A DNA stretch of 48,708 nt from an uncultured bacterium (GTDB taxonomy: Bacteria > Patescibacteriota > Minisyncoccia > UBA6257 > 2-01-FULL-56-20), in NCBI GenBank assembly GCA_963747905.1, contig CAVVHF010000011.1:1-48708 (forward strand), written 5' to 3'. Of the stretch, positions 37,659 through 47,900 are shown in pieces. A model generated the notes under the pieces. That model saw only the letters and a list, made by a program, of their open reading frames with translations, was not told the DNA's origin and did not search any database. The translations under genes and the position numbers were made by a program. How positions within the stretch are numbered: position 1 is the stretch's first letter; each line of letters starts with the position of its first letter.

Positions 37659-38330
37659 ATGCAATCACTGACTGGAGGAAACTCAATACCCTTCCAACTG
37701 GCGCTGTTAGGCTGGAACGGAACCCTTCTTGATGACCTGGACGTGGCTTACGCTGCCACCGTCCATCTCTTCGAACTGATCGCCCCACGCGCGACCGTCC
37801 CCACCCTTGAGGAATACCGACAGGAATTTTCCTCATCGCAAATGCTTGAATGCTACTACACACGCGGGGGATCAAGAACGGTGGCCGGTGACAGAATATG
37901 CCGGGCATGGAGAGCCCACTACGAATTCCTTTGCGACCACACACGACTAGCCGATGGAGCGGAAAAAATGCTTCGTTTCCTCCGGAAATGTGGTATCCCC
38001 ATCATCATCGTGAGTGCCGCGTCGAAGGAAACCATCAGGCATATCGAAAGATTGGGCATTGCTCATCTCTTCGACCGGATTTGTTTCGAAGTGAGAGATA
38101 AGGAACAAACCATCCGCCAGATACTCGACCGCGAGAAAGTGGCAGCCCATGATGCCTTTTACGTTAGCGACACTACCGACGATATCGCACACGGGAAACA
38201 GGCGAAGATTGTCACTTTTGGATATATGAGGGGATACAATTCTCCCGATTGGATACGAGAAGCAAAACCAAAATATATGGTCGAATCGCTCATCGACGTA
38301 TTCAATATTGTTCGTGCAAACATCAATTAA
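37659..38330 (+). CDS. HAD-superfamily hydrolase-like protein with degenerate catalytic motifs
   Basis: LLGWNGTLLDD (motif I), IVSA, K, YVSDTTDDI..GKQA. Confidence 0.7.
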   Translation: MQSLTGGNSIPFQLALLGWNGTLLDDLDVAYAATVHLFELIAPRATVPTLEEYRQEFSSSQMLECYYTRGGSRTVAGDRICRAWRAHYEFLCDHTRLADGAEKMLRFLRKCGIPIIIVSAASKETIRHIERLGIAHLFDRICFEVRDKEQTIRQILDREKVAAHDAFYVSDTTDDIAHGKQAKIVTFGYMRGYNSPDWIREAKPKYMVESLIDVFNIVRANIN

Positions 38331-38340
38331 CCTACTTCAC

Positions 38341-38374
38341 GCCGCGCTCTCAGTTTCTGAGCGCGGCATTTTTT
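38341..38374 (+). terminator. Intrinsic terminator
   Basis: gccgcgctc/gagcgcggc stem followed by a T-run. Confidence 0.65.
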
Positions 38375-38388
38375 GTTACAATAAGATC

Positions 38389-38859
38389 ATGCCGCATATC
38401 CACGAGAAAATCGATTTTGTCGCCGATATCTATATAGTGAACAACGGACGCGTTCTGCTCCGTAAGCACGATAAATACAAAATATGGCTTCCCGTCGGAG
38501 GGCATATAGAGTTAAATGAAGATCCGAATGAAGCTGCGGTGCGGGAAGCAAAGGAGGAAGTTGGACTGGATGTCGAAATCATCGCAGCAAATTCTATACA
38601 GAATATCCATGATTCATTTGAAAATTATAAAGAACTCATCCCGCCTCGATTTTTAAATCGTCATAAAGTCAATGAACATCATGAACATATTGCTCTGTCT
38701 TATTTTGCTACCAGCAAGAGCGATGCGATACAACAAGGTCAAACCGAGATTAGTGACGATATCCGCTGGCTCACTGCGCAAGAGCTTGATGATCCCGCGC
38801 TCGGGATAAATGACCGGGTCAAATATTACGCGCATACGGCGCTCGAAGCACTCTCATGA
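38389..38859 (+). CDS. NUDIX hydrolase
   Basis: WLPVGGHIELNEDPNEAAVREAKEEVGL Nudix box. Confidence 0.9.
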   Translation: MPHIHEKIDFVADIYIVNNGRVLLRKHDKYKIWLPVGGHIELNEDPNEAAVREAKEEVGLDVEIIAANSIQNIHDSFENYKELIPPRFLNRHKVNEHHEHIALSYFATSKSDAIQQGQTEISDDIRWLTAQELDDPALGINDRVKYYAHTALEALS

Positions 38860-39452
38860 AACTCGTTATCGGCCTCATCGGCGCACCGCTCGCGGGCAAG
38901 GAAACGTGCGCAAACCTGCTCGAAAAACTGTTGGTGGAGGACGGCTATTCGGTCAGCCGCCATACGTTCTCGGAGATCCTCAAGGCAACGCTCGACCTCT
39001 GGGACATCCCTCACGGACGCGACAACGAGCAAAAGATGGCGATCATCATGAACGCGGAGATGGGCTTTGGGGACGGTGCGCTCTCACGGGCGATGCGACG
39101 GAGACTGATGGAAGACACCGCGGACGTGACGATCCTTGACGGCGTCCGCTGGCTCGCCGACGAACACATGATCCGCAGTCTTGGCGACGGAGGGGTCAAG
39201 ACCATTATGGTATATATCTCCGCAGACCCGAAAGTGCGCTACGCGCGGTTGCTTGCGCGAAACCGCGTCGGCGAAGCCGCGACGACATTGGAGAATTTTG
39301 AGCGGCAAGAAAAGGCTCGGACCGAAGTGGATATCCCGGATATCGGTAGCCGTGCCGAAATCGCGCTCGAAAACAATTACAACAGCATTGAACACTTCGA
39401 ACAGGATATCAATCGCGTCTACGAGAGCCTATTCGACGAGACGCGACGATAA
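38856..39452 (+). CDS. P-loop nucleoside monophosphate or dephospho-CoA kinase-like protein
   Basis: GLIGAPLAGKET, ILDGVR, ADPKVRYARL..RNR. Confidence 0.8.
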   Translation: MKLVIGLIGAPLAGKETCANLLEKLLVEDGYSVSRHTFSEILKATLDLWDIPHGRDNEQKMAIIMNAEMGFGDGALSRAMRRRLMEDTADVTILDGVRWLADEHMIRSLGDGGVKTIMVYISADPKVRYARLLARNRVGEAATTLENFERQEKARTEVDIPDIGSRAEIALENNYNSIEHFEQDINRVYESLFDETRR

Positions 39453-39471
39453 CAGCGCCCATCACGAAAAA

Positions 39472-40911
39472 TCATTTTATCCGCGGAAAAAGAATGTCTG
39501 GTTTTTTTGTTTTCAACGCACTATCCTCATGCACGATTGCCGCGCGGATTTTCTTTGCTGTATCCGGCAGAAACGGCACGAGCTCGACCGCAACGGCATC
39601 AAGCAGCGAAACGAGGTTGAACAACGCTGCCGCGCGCGTCGCATCGTCCTTTATCTCCCACACTTTCCGATCGTTCACATAACGATCGCCGAACGAGAGT
39701 GCGGCCCAGACCGCAGCGAGCGCATCGGAGAATTTATACTCCTTCAATTTTACGTAAACCGTCCGCTTCATTGCTTCGATTGTTATGTCAAAATCGCCGT
39801 CGAGTACACCGCCTTCTAGCGTCTCTTTCTCCGCAAGCGTAAGCACTCGCGCGGCAAAATTACCGAGCCCGTTGGCCAGATCGGAGTTATATCGTTCTTT
39901 CATCTTCGTCTCGGAAAAATCGCCATCATCGCCGAACGAGACTTCGCGAAGAAGAAAATAACGCACCGCATCATTCCCATATCGCGCAGCGAGATCAATT
40001 GGATCAACTCCGTTACCCAATGACTTGGACATTTTCGCACCATCGACAGTGAGAAACCCCGTTGAAATCACCTGTCCCGGTAATGGCAATCCAGCGGACA
40101 TAAGCATTGCCGGCCAGATCACCGCATGAAAACGCACAATGTCCTTCGCCATCACGTGTACATCCGCCGGATGTTCTTCCCATCCCTCTACGCCCACAAT
40201 AGAAATGTAATTGACGAGCGCATCGGCCCATACATAGATGACCTGACCGGGATCGTTCGGTACCGGGATACCCCATTCCTTTTTTTCGCGCGAGAAGCTC
40301 ACATCCTCGAGCCCTTGTTCCACGAACGCGCGCACCTCATTGAACCGGTGCGCAGGCGCAACAAACTCACCATGTGCCTCATAGAATTCCAACAACCGCT
40401 GCTGATAATTTGATAAACGGAAAAAATAATTCTCCTCGGTGACAAGCTCCGGTGCAACTTTGTGATCGGGGCACAGACCGTCGGGCGTCAACTCGTCCTC
40501 CTTCATAAACGCCTCGTGCCCCTTACAATACAATCCTTGATACTGTCCTTTATAAATATCACCCGCCGCTTCCATCCTGCCCCAAATATCGCGCACCACT
40601 TCGATATGCCGCTCTTCGGTGGTGCGGATGAAATCGGTGTTTGAAATGCCGAGTTTTGCCCACGTCGAACTCCACACATCCGCGAGCCGGTCGATATACG
40701 CGTGAATGTCCTCGCCAGTTTTCTTTGCCGCATCCACCGTCTTTTGCGCATTCTCATCCACGCCAGTGGAAAACACAACGTGCTCCCCACGCGCCTCGCG
40801 CCAGCGCGCGAGCGTATCGGCGACGATCGTCGAATACGCGTGGCCGATGTGCGGCTTGTCGTTCACATAATAGATGGGGGTCGTGATATAAAATTCGTCG
40901 CGTGAGTCCAT
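39472..40911 (-). CDS. metG: Methionine--tRNA ligase (short form)
   Basis: YITTPIYYVN..HIGH, FIRTT, YVWADAL, KDIVRFH, KMSKS. Confidence 0.97.
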   Translation of the reverse strand: MDSRDEFYITTPIYYVNDKPHIGHAYSTIVADTLARWREARGEHVVFSTGVDENAQKTVDAAKKTGEDIHAYIDRLADVWSSTWAKLGISNTDFIRTTEERHIEVVRDIWGRMEAAGDIYKGQYQGLYCKGHEAFMKEDELTPDGLCPDHKVAPELVTEENYFFRLSNYQQRLLEFYEAHGEFVAPAHRFNEVRAFVEQGLEDVSFSREKKEWGIPVPNDPGQVIYVWADALVNYISIVGVEGWEEHPADVHVMAKDIVRFHAVIWPAMLMSAGLPLPGQVISTGFLTVDGAKMSKSLGNGVDPIDLAARYGNDAVRYFLLREVSFGDDGDFSETKMKERYNSDLANGLGNFAARVLTLAEKETLEGGVLDGDFDITIEAMKRTVYVKLKEYKFSDALAAVWAALSFGDRYVNDRKVWEIKDDATRAAALFNLVSLLDAVAVELVPFLPDTAKKIRAAIVHEDSALKTKKPDILFPRIK

Positions 40912-40924
40912 GGGAATAAGCCTA

Positions 40925-41800
40925 CTATTTTTCCTCTTCTTTCTGCAACCCATCGAGGACATGCGATTCGAATTGCTGTGCGATGAGGAAGAATATCAGG
41001 GTCCAGAACGCGAGCGTGACGGAGGTCAAAAGTGCCGCAACGACGGCGACCGCGCCGGAAAGGATCGGCCCGAGAAACGGCACCAGCTCAAAGATTGCCG
41101 CCAGAACCGCGATCAAGAATGCGTATCGTACGCCGAGCAGCGACAACCCTCCCCATACTAAAAATCCCATGATCGCGCTAAGCACCACCTGCATCCGAAA
41201 CCACGACCCGATCAGTTCTTTGGATCGCTTATAGATCCGCATCGCCGTCTCGTCGTAATCCGGCGGCACGACGATCTTTAGGAACCTTTCCACGCCGTCA
41301 TGGGTAAGGCTCAGATAGAACGAGCTCGCAAGTACCGCCACCGCAAGACCGAAGCTTCCGAGTATCTGGGAAAAAAGTTGGAGCGGCGAAACATTGCCGG
41401 CGATGAATTGCGTCGACATTTTCCCGACGAGCGACCCTACCGATTGCGGAACCCTAAGATCAAGCAATATTCCCCATCCGCCGAGGCTCGCCGCATTGAC
41501 ACCGGAAAGGATCGTACTGATCTCCACGAGTAGGAACGGGATGACGGTATAGACGACCGCGACAAAGACGATCAGCGCGATGAGAAATATCAGGATGACG
41601 CTCACGCTTCGCGGCAGGCTAATGCGAGTCTCAAAAAAATCCACAATCCCTTCCAACCCCGAAGAAATAATGATCGCCAAAAATAGCCCGAGTACAATCT
41701 GCCGGCCGTCGTACAGCACGGCGAAGAGCGCCACAAAAACCAGTATACGCCAGAGGGTTGCCCATGAGATCTCAAATGTGGTTTTTTCGTTGGCGTTCAC
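40925..41800 (-). CDS. AI-2E (PerM/UPF0118) family transporter, apparently C-terminally deleted
   Basis: W.TLWRI, SFYL, GSWFRMQ, ELVPFLGP, QQFESHVL followed by an abrupt end. Confidence 0.8.
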   Translation of the reverse strand: MNANEKTTFEISWATLWRILVFVALFAVLYDGRQIVLGLFLAIIISSGLEGIVDFFETRISLPRSVSVILIFLIALIVFVAVVYTVIPFLLVEISTILSGVNAASLGGWGILLDLRVPQSVGSLVGKMSTQFIAGNVSPLQLFSQILGSFGLAVAVLASSFYLSLTHDGVERFLKIVVPPDYDETAMRIYKRSKELIGSWFRMQVVLSAIMGFLVWGGLSLLGVRYAFLIAVLAAIFELVPFLGPILSGAVAVVAALLTSVTLAFWTLIFFLIAQQFESHVLDGLQKEEEK

Positions 41801-41814
41801 AATATAATCATTGA

Positions 41815-43095
41815 TTATTTTTCGATTGTTAAAATTTTCTTAAATGCCGCTTGACTTTTATACGGGCCAACGACCGCAAGATTGAGCCCCTTATCTTTAA
41901 GGATCGCCCTTGCCACCTTTTGTACATCCCGTGCGGTTACCTTCCTTATTCTATCCGTTAACACCGTCGGCGACGAAATCCCGCCGGTCAGCACCTCCTG
42001 GCCGCCATAAAAGCTAGCGAGGTCATCCGAAGTCTCAAGCCCAAGAACCAAACCACCGATCATGTGGTCCTTACTCTTTTGTAGCTCTTTTTCCGGCACT
42101 GCATCGTCCCGAAGAATCCGACACTCCTCAAGGATCGCCCGGATGACCTCCTCCATCCGCTTGCGGTCCGCACCCGCAGAGACGGTGAGCAGCCCGTGGT
42201 CGAGCGACAGGTCCGCGGCCGCCCAGATATAATACGCGGCACCCATCTTCTCGCGAATACGCGCGAAAAGACGCGAACTCATTCCCCCGCCGAGAAGGTC
42301 CGCCAGCACGCGCAAAGCATAGCGCCGCTCGTCGAACATATCGAACGCGCGAAAGCCAAGCACAACGTGCGCCTGGTCCGATTCCTTAAAATGCAATTTT
42401 ATTTTCGGCGCCAATTGCCGTTCCACGGTTTTTTTCTTTGCGGGCGCCGTATGTCGCGGGAGCGCGCCGAAATATTTTTTGATCTGCGCGACCGTGGTCG
42501 CCTCGCCAAACTTTCCCGCCACGATGACGACCGTCCCTGACATCACATAGCGCTGGTTGCGATACGAAACAAAATCGTGGCGCGCGAGCATTTGTATGAT
42601 CGGCTTCTCGCCGCCCACATCCCAACCCGCCGGCTGATCGCCGTAGACCAACCGCGCAAAGTCACGCTGCGCTCGCGCCGGAAGGTCGTCCTTATACATG
42701 TTGACCTCCTGAATGATCACCCCTCGCTCCTTCTCAATCTCCGCCTCGTTAAAAAGTGGATGAAGATAAAGATCCGAAACAATTTCTAATATCTTCGGCA
42801 ATTTTTCCGCCTGCGCCTTAGCGTAGTAACCGGTATATTCAGTCCCGGTGAACGCGTTAAACTGCGCGCCGAGGGTAGTGAGCTCGTGCGCGATCATCCC
42901 CGGCTCGGGCCGGTCGGTCGTTCCTTTGAACATCATGTGCTCCAAAAAATGCGAAACTCCATTCTGATGTTTCATCTCATATTCCGATCCCGCGCGCACC
43001 AGGATGAGCACTGTGGCGGCAAGATTTTCCGGCTGGGGAACCAGCAATATACGCAGGCCATTCTTTAAAATAATTTTTTTGGGATTTTTTATCAT
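41815..43095 (-). CDS. M16 (pitrilysin-family) zinc peptidase
   Basis: GVSHFLEHMMFKGT (HXXEH), NAFT..EYT.YY, KERGVI.QE, LGGGMSSRLF..IREK.G.AY. Confidence 0.95.
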   Translation of the reverse strand: MIKNPKKIILKNGLRILLVPQPENLAATVLILVRAGSEYEMKHQNGVSHFLEHMMFKGTTDRPEPGMIAHELTTLGAQFNAFTGTEYTGYYAKAQAEKLPKILEIVSDLYLHPLFNEAEIEKERGVIIQEVNMYKDDLPARAQRDFARLVYGDQPAGWDVGGEKPIIQMLARHDFVSYRNQRYVMSGTVVIVAGKFGEATTVAQIKKYFGALPRHTAPAKKKTVERQLAPKIKLHFKESDQAHVVLGFRAFDMFDERRYALRVLADLLGGGMSSRLFARIREKMGAAYYIWAAADLSLDHGLLTVSAGADRKRMEEVIRAILEECRILRDDAVPEKELQKSKDHMIGGLVLGLETSDDLASFYGGQEVLTGGISSPTVLTDRIRKVTARDVQKVARAILKDKGLNLAVVGPYKSQAAFKKILTIEK

Positions 43096-44603
43096 GAATT
43101 GGAAATTGGTTCGCTACTGGTACTGTTGGTGATCGTCTGAATGTCGGACTCAAAGCTCTGTGCGCGATCAACCACTGCTTCGCCGTAGGTCCATAGATAG
43201 TTTTGCCAGTCGCCGCCCGCGTAATACTTTGCCGCCGTACACCGTTCCTGGCTGAGAGTAGCGCTGTAGAGCGTCTGGCATCCTGTCATATTATCCTTTA
43301 AATACAATGCGGTGGCCACAAATGCATCAGTATCATTCCATGGCGACGGCGGATCATCTTTTGTGATCTGCGCGACGGCAGAGGAATAGCTATCCCACGT
43401 GGACGGCACGAACTGCGCCGGCCCCATCGCGCCGCCATATACGCCATCCGCGTTGGGGCACGATATCAACATCTCGCTCGGATCAAGGTTGAGCGACTGC
43501 GTGATCGCGAGGAAGAGCGGCTGGTCGGACGGGCTCATCGCCGTTTGATAGTTGCACTGGCCAAGGTTCTGACCAAGTGCGGATTCGCGGTCCAAGATCG
43601 CAAGGATGAACGCCGGATTAATGCCGGTTGCATTCGACGCCACCCGTGCATATTGATACGCATCCTCAAATGATAGTTGCCCGCCGCCGAGCAACTGGAA
43701 GATCTGGTTGCTAATTTGCGCTGCCGACACCTGCGTTTGCGCGAGCAACACCTGATATTTTGATTCCTGCCCCTGCGTCGCCGCAAGCAGCTGCGCCTCC
43801 TGTGTCTTTGTGCTCGCCACCTCCTGCGCCTGCGCCGCCTGATACGCCGCTACGCTTGCTGCATCGGACTTCGACGCCTCAAACTGCTGTTCCTCGTTTT
43901 GCAACTGGGATTGAAGGCCTGCGATCTGTTGCGTGGTCATGCGCAAACTGCTCTCCGCAAGGGTGATATTTTCTGTATCATTCCAAACGTCGGAAATCTG
44001 CGGATCTTGGAGGAACGCTTGCACAAGGCTCACTTGGTCGTTTTGATAAAGTTCCTGCATCAATACCTCCATCGCCGCCTTCTTGGTAGTAACCGCCGCC
44101 TGCAGATCGGCGATCTGAGATTGCGCCTCACTGATATTGCTGTTCAGTTGTTGGGAGGTAAGGTTGACGGCTTGGATCTGCAAATTAAGTGACGCGATCT
44201 TGTCATTTAATATACTGATCTGGTCATTAAGCGTCTTCCCCTGCGTTTGATAGCTCGTGATCTGTCCCTGATATTGGTCTATTTGCGTTTCAAGCTGGGC
44301 GAGTTGGGACTCAAGCTGGGTGCGCGCGGCGGTAGGATCGGTACTGGACGCCGCTATCGTGCGGCTCGCGTCACCGGACGCCTTATTGAAAAACGTCGGC
44401 GCGGCGGCGGATCCGAACACGAAAAAAATCACCGCCGAAGCGATAACCGCAACGCGCAGAATTCTCGTAAGTGGGATGCGGATGATCCGCTCGCCCGCCA
44501 GATCAACGCGCGCCGCGAGAGGCCCGAATGAGCTCCAGCTCCGACCGCCCGGTTTTTTGACCGAAACGTCGCCAAGTACCCTCGGCTTCAAAGGTCGTTT
44601 CAT
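43092..44603 (-). CDS. Membrane-anchored coiled-coil protein with a C-terminal lytic transglycosylase domain
   Basis: TM, long Q-rich coiled coil, AILDRES (catalytic Glu), GAMGPAQFVPSTW, PSPW...DAF.ATALYL. Confidence 0.85.
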   Translation of the reverse strand: MKRPLKPRVLGDVSVKKPGGRSWSSFGPLAARVDLAGERIIRIPLTRILRVAVIASAVIFFVFGSAAAPTFFNKASGDASRTIAASSTDPTAARTQLESQLAQLETQIDQYQGQITSYQTQGKTLNDQISILNDKIASLNLQIQAVNLTSQQLNSNISEAQSQIADLQAAVTTKKAAMEVLMQELYQNDQVSLVQAFLQDPQISDVWNDTENITLAESSLRMTTQQIAGLQSQLQNEEQQFEASKSDAASVAAYQAAQAQEVASTKTQEAQLLAATQGQESKYQVLLAQTQVSAAQISNQIFQLLGGGQLSFEDAYQYARVASNATGINPAFILAILDRESALGQNLGQCNYQTAMSPSDQPLFLAITQSLNLDPSEMLISCPNADGVYGGAMGPAQFVPSTWDSYSSAVAQITKDDPPSPWNDTDAFVATALYLKDNMTGCQTLYSATLSQERCTAAKYYAGGDWQNYLWTYGEAVVDRAQSFESDIQTITNSTSSEPISNS

Positions 44604-44650
44604 TGCTCTTTTATTATAACGCAAAAAGAAGACTAAAATATGTGTTATGT

Positions 44651-44869
44651 GTTCGGCACGTTGAACGTCACGCTCCCCATCCCGTTCCCTGGGGATAAGC
44701 GAGCTCCTGTACGTGCCAGCCCGGGAAAGGGCGACGCGGACCACCTTGGTTCTGTGCCAAGAGATGAGGGCCTGTAGGGGTCCAAGACAACGCCCCTCGA
44801 CCCACAATCCCGATGGTCCTTTTTGATCTCCTAGCGCCCTACCAATCAGGTGGGTCGAAAGACGCGAAC
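44651..44869. ncRNA. Candidate multi-stem structured RNA of unknown family (strand uncertain)
   Basis: Compatible helices ggcacgt/acgtgcc, cccca/tgggg, gccc/gggc, ggacc/ggtcc, cttgg/ccaag and tcgacccac/gtgggtcga, plus a possible closing gttcg/cgaac. Confidence 0.45.
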
Positions 44870-44905
44870 GATCATGGATGGCAAAATGGATTCCCTCCTA
44901 TAGGA

Positions 44906-47900
44906 ATTAAATGAAACTATCATGTCGATTTCAAGATTTAAATGAAACTATCATGTCGATTTCAAGATTTCAAATAAAACTATCATGTCTATTTCAAAAT
45001 TTTAAATGAAACTATCATGTGGATTTAAAATTTTGAAATCGACATGATAGTTTCATTTAAAATCTTGAAATCGACATGATAGTTTCATTTAAAATTTTGA
45101 AATCTACATGATAGTTTAATTTAAAATCTTGAAATCGACATGATAGTTTCATTTAAAATTTTGAAATCGAAATGATAGTTTCATTTAAAATTTTGAAATC
45201 GATATGATAGTTTCATTTAAAATTTTGAAATCTACATGATAGTTTCATTTAAAATTTTGAAATCGACATGATAGTTTCATTTAAATCTTGAAATCGTACA
45301 TGATAGTTTCATTTAAAATTTTGAAATCTACATGATAGTTTCATTTAAAATTTTGAAATCTACATGATAGTTTCATTTAAAATTTTGAAATCTAAATGAT
45401 ACTTTCAAATTTGAAATCGACATGATAGTTTCATTGAAAATCTTGAAATTGACGTGATAGTTTCATTGTAAATTTTGAAATCGACATGATAGTTTCATTG
45501 AAAATCTTGAAATGTACATGAAACTATCATCTAGATTTAAAAATTTTAAATGAAATTATCATGTCGTTTTCAAGATTTTCAATGAAATTATCATGTCGTT
45601 TTCAAGATTTTCAATGAAACTATCATGTCGTTTTCAAGATTTAAATCAAATTATCATGTCGTTTTCAAGATTTTAAATAAAATTATCATGTCGATTTCAA
45701 GATTTTAAACGAAACTATCATATAAATTTCAAAATTTTAAATGAAACTATCATGTAGATTTCAAAATTTTAAATGAAACTATCATGTCGATTTCAAGATT
45801 TTAAATTAAACCATCATGTCGATTTCAAGATTTAAATGAAACTATCATCTACATTTCAAAATTTACAATGAAACTATCATGTAGATTTCAAAATTTTAAA
45901 TTAAACTATCATCTAGATTTCAAGTGAAAGTATGATCTAGATTTCAAAATTTTAAATGAAACTATCATGTCGATTTAAAAATTTTAAATGAAACTATCAT
46001 GTCGATTTCAAAATTTTAAATAAAACTATCATGTCGATTTCAAAATTTTAAATAAAACTATCATGTCGATTTCAAAATTTTAAATAAAACCATCATGTAC
46101 ATTTCAAGATTTTAAATAAAACTATCATGTCGATTTTAAGATTTTAAATGAAACTCTCATCTAGATTTCAAAATTTTAAATCAAACTATCATGTCGATTT
46201 CAAAATTTTAAATGAAACTCTCATCTACATTTCAAGATTTTAAATAAAACTATCATGTCGATTTCAAGATTTTAAATGAAAATATCATGTCGATTTCAAA
46301 ATTTTAAATGAAACTATCATGTCGATTTCAAGATTTTAAATGAAACTATCATCTAGATTTCAAGTAAAAGTATGATCTAGATTTCAAAATTTACAATGAA
46401 ACTATCATGTAAATTTCAAAATTTTAAATGAAACTATCAGATAGATTTCAAAATTTTAAATAAAACTATCAGATAGATTTCAAAATTTTAAATGAAACTA
46501 TCATATAGATTTCAAAATTTTAAATGAAACTATCAGATAGATTTCAAAATTTTAAATAAAACTATCATGATAGATTTCAAAATTTTAAATGAAACTATCA
46601 TATAGATTTCAAAATTTTAAATGAAACTATCAGATAAATTTCAAAATTTTAAATGAAACTATCTGATAGATTTCAAAATTTTAAATGAAACTATCATGTC
46701 GATTTCAAAATTTACAATGAAACTCTCATCTACATTTCAAGATTTAAATGAAACTCTCATCTACATTTCAAGATTTTAAATTAAACCATCATGTCGATTT
46801 CAAGATTTAAATGAAACTATCATGTCGATTTCAAGATTTTAAATGAAACTATCATGTAGATTTCAAGATTTTAAATGAAACAATCATGTCGATTTCAAGA
46901 TTTTAAATGAAACCATCATGTAGATTTCAAGATTTTAAATGAAACTATCATATAAATTTCAAAATTTTAAATGAAACTCTCATCTACATTTCAAGATTTT
47001 AAATGAAACTATCATGTCGATTTCAAAATTTACAATGAAACTCTCATCTACATTTCAAGATTTAAATGAAACTATCATGTCGATTTCAAGATTTAAATGA
47101 AACTATCATGTCGATTTCAAGATTTTAAATGAAACTATCATGTCGATTTCAAGATTTTAAATGAAACCATCATGTAGATTTCAAGATTTTAAATGAAACC
47201 ATCATGTAGATTTCAAGATTTTAAATGAAACTATCATATAAATTTCAAAATTTTAAATGAAACTCTCATCTACATTTCAAGATTTTAAATGAAACTATCA
47301 TGTCGATTTCAAGTGAACGTATCATGTAAATTCCAAAATTTTAAATGAAACTATCATGTAGATTTCAAAATTTTAAGTGAAACTATCATGTAGATTTCAA
47401 AATTTTAAATGAAACTATCGTGACGATTTCAAGATTTAAATGAAACTATCATGTTGATTTCAAGATTTAAATGAAACTATTATGTAGATTTCAAATGAAA
47501 CTCTCATCTACATTTCAAAATTTACAATGAAACTATCATTTAAAATTTTGAAATCTACATGATAGTTTCATTTAAAATTTTGAAATCTACATGATAGTTT
47601 CATTTAAAATTTTGAAATCTACATGATAGTTTCATTCAAAATTTTGAAATCTATCTGATAGTTTCATTTAAAATTTTGAAATCTACATGATAGTTTCATT
47701 TAAAATTTTGAAATCTACATGATAGTTTCATTCAAAATTTTGAAATCTATCTGATAGTTTCATTTAAAATTTTGAAATCTATCTGATAGTTTTATTTAAA
47801 ATTTTGAAATCTATCTGATAGTTTCATTTAAAATTTTGAAATCTACATGATAGTTTCATTCAAAATTTTGAAATCTATCTGATAGTTTCATTTAAAATTT

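Noticed and set aside
5165-44603. Alternative genetic code (TGA read as Gly)
   Set aside because: Core genes translate full length under code 11, several end in TGA, and the tRNA-Gly anticodon is TCC.
10707-44619. Numerous short antisense or alternate-frame ORFs overlapping identified genes
   Set aside because: They have no motifs and are explained as shadows of the real coding strand.
44714-44745. c-di-GMP-I riboswitch (GAAA...GACGC) or HDV-like ribozyme
   Set aside because: Only a fragmentary resemblance. The GGCAAAC/GCAAA elements and the HDV P1.1/P3 pattern are absent.
44604-44807. N-terminal extension of the 571-aa ORF
   Set aside because: A TATAAT box lies 9 nt before the ATG at 44603, and the extension overlaps the structured non-coding island.
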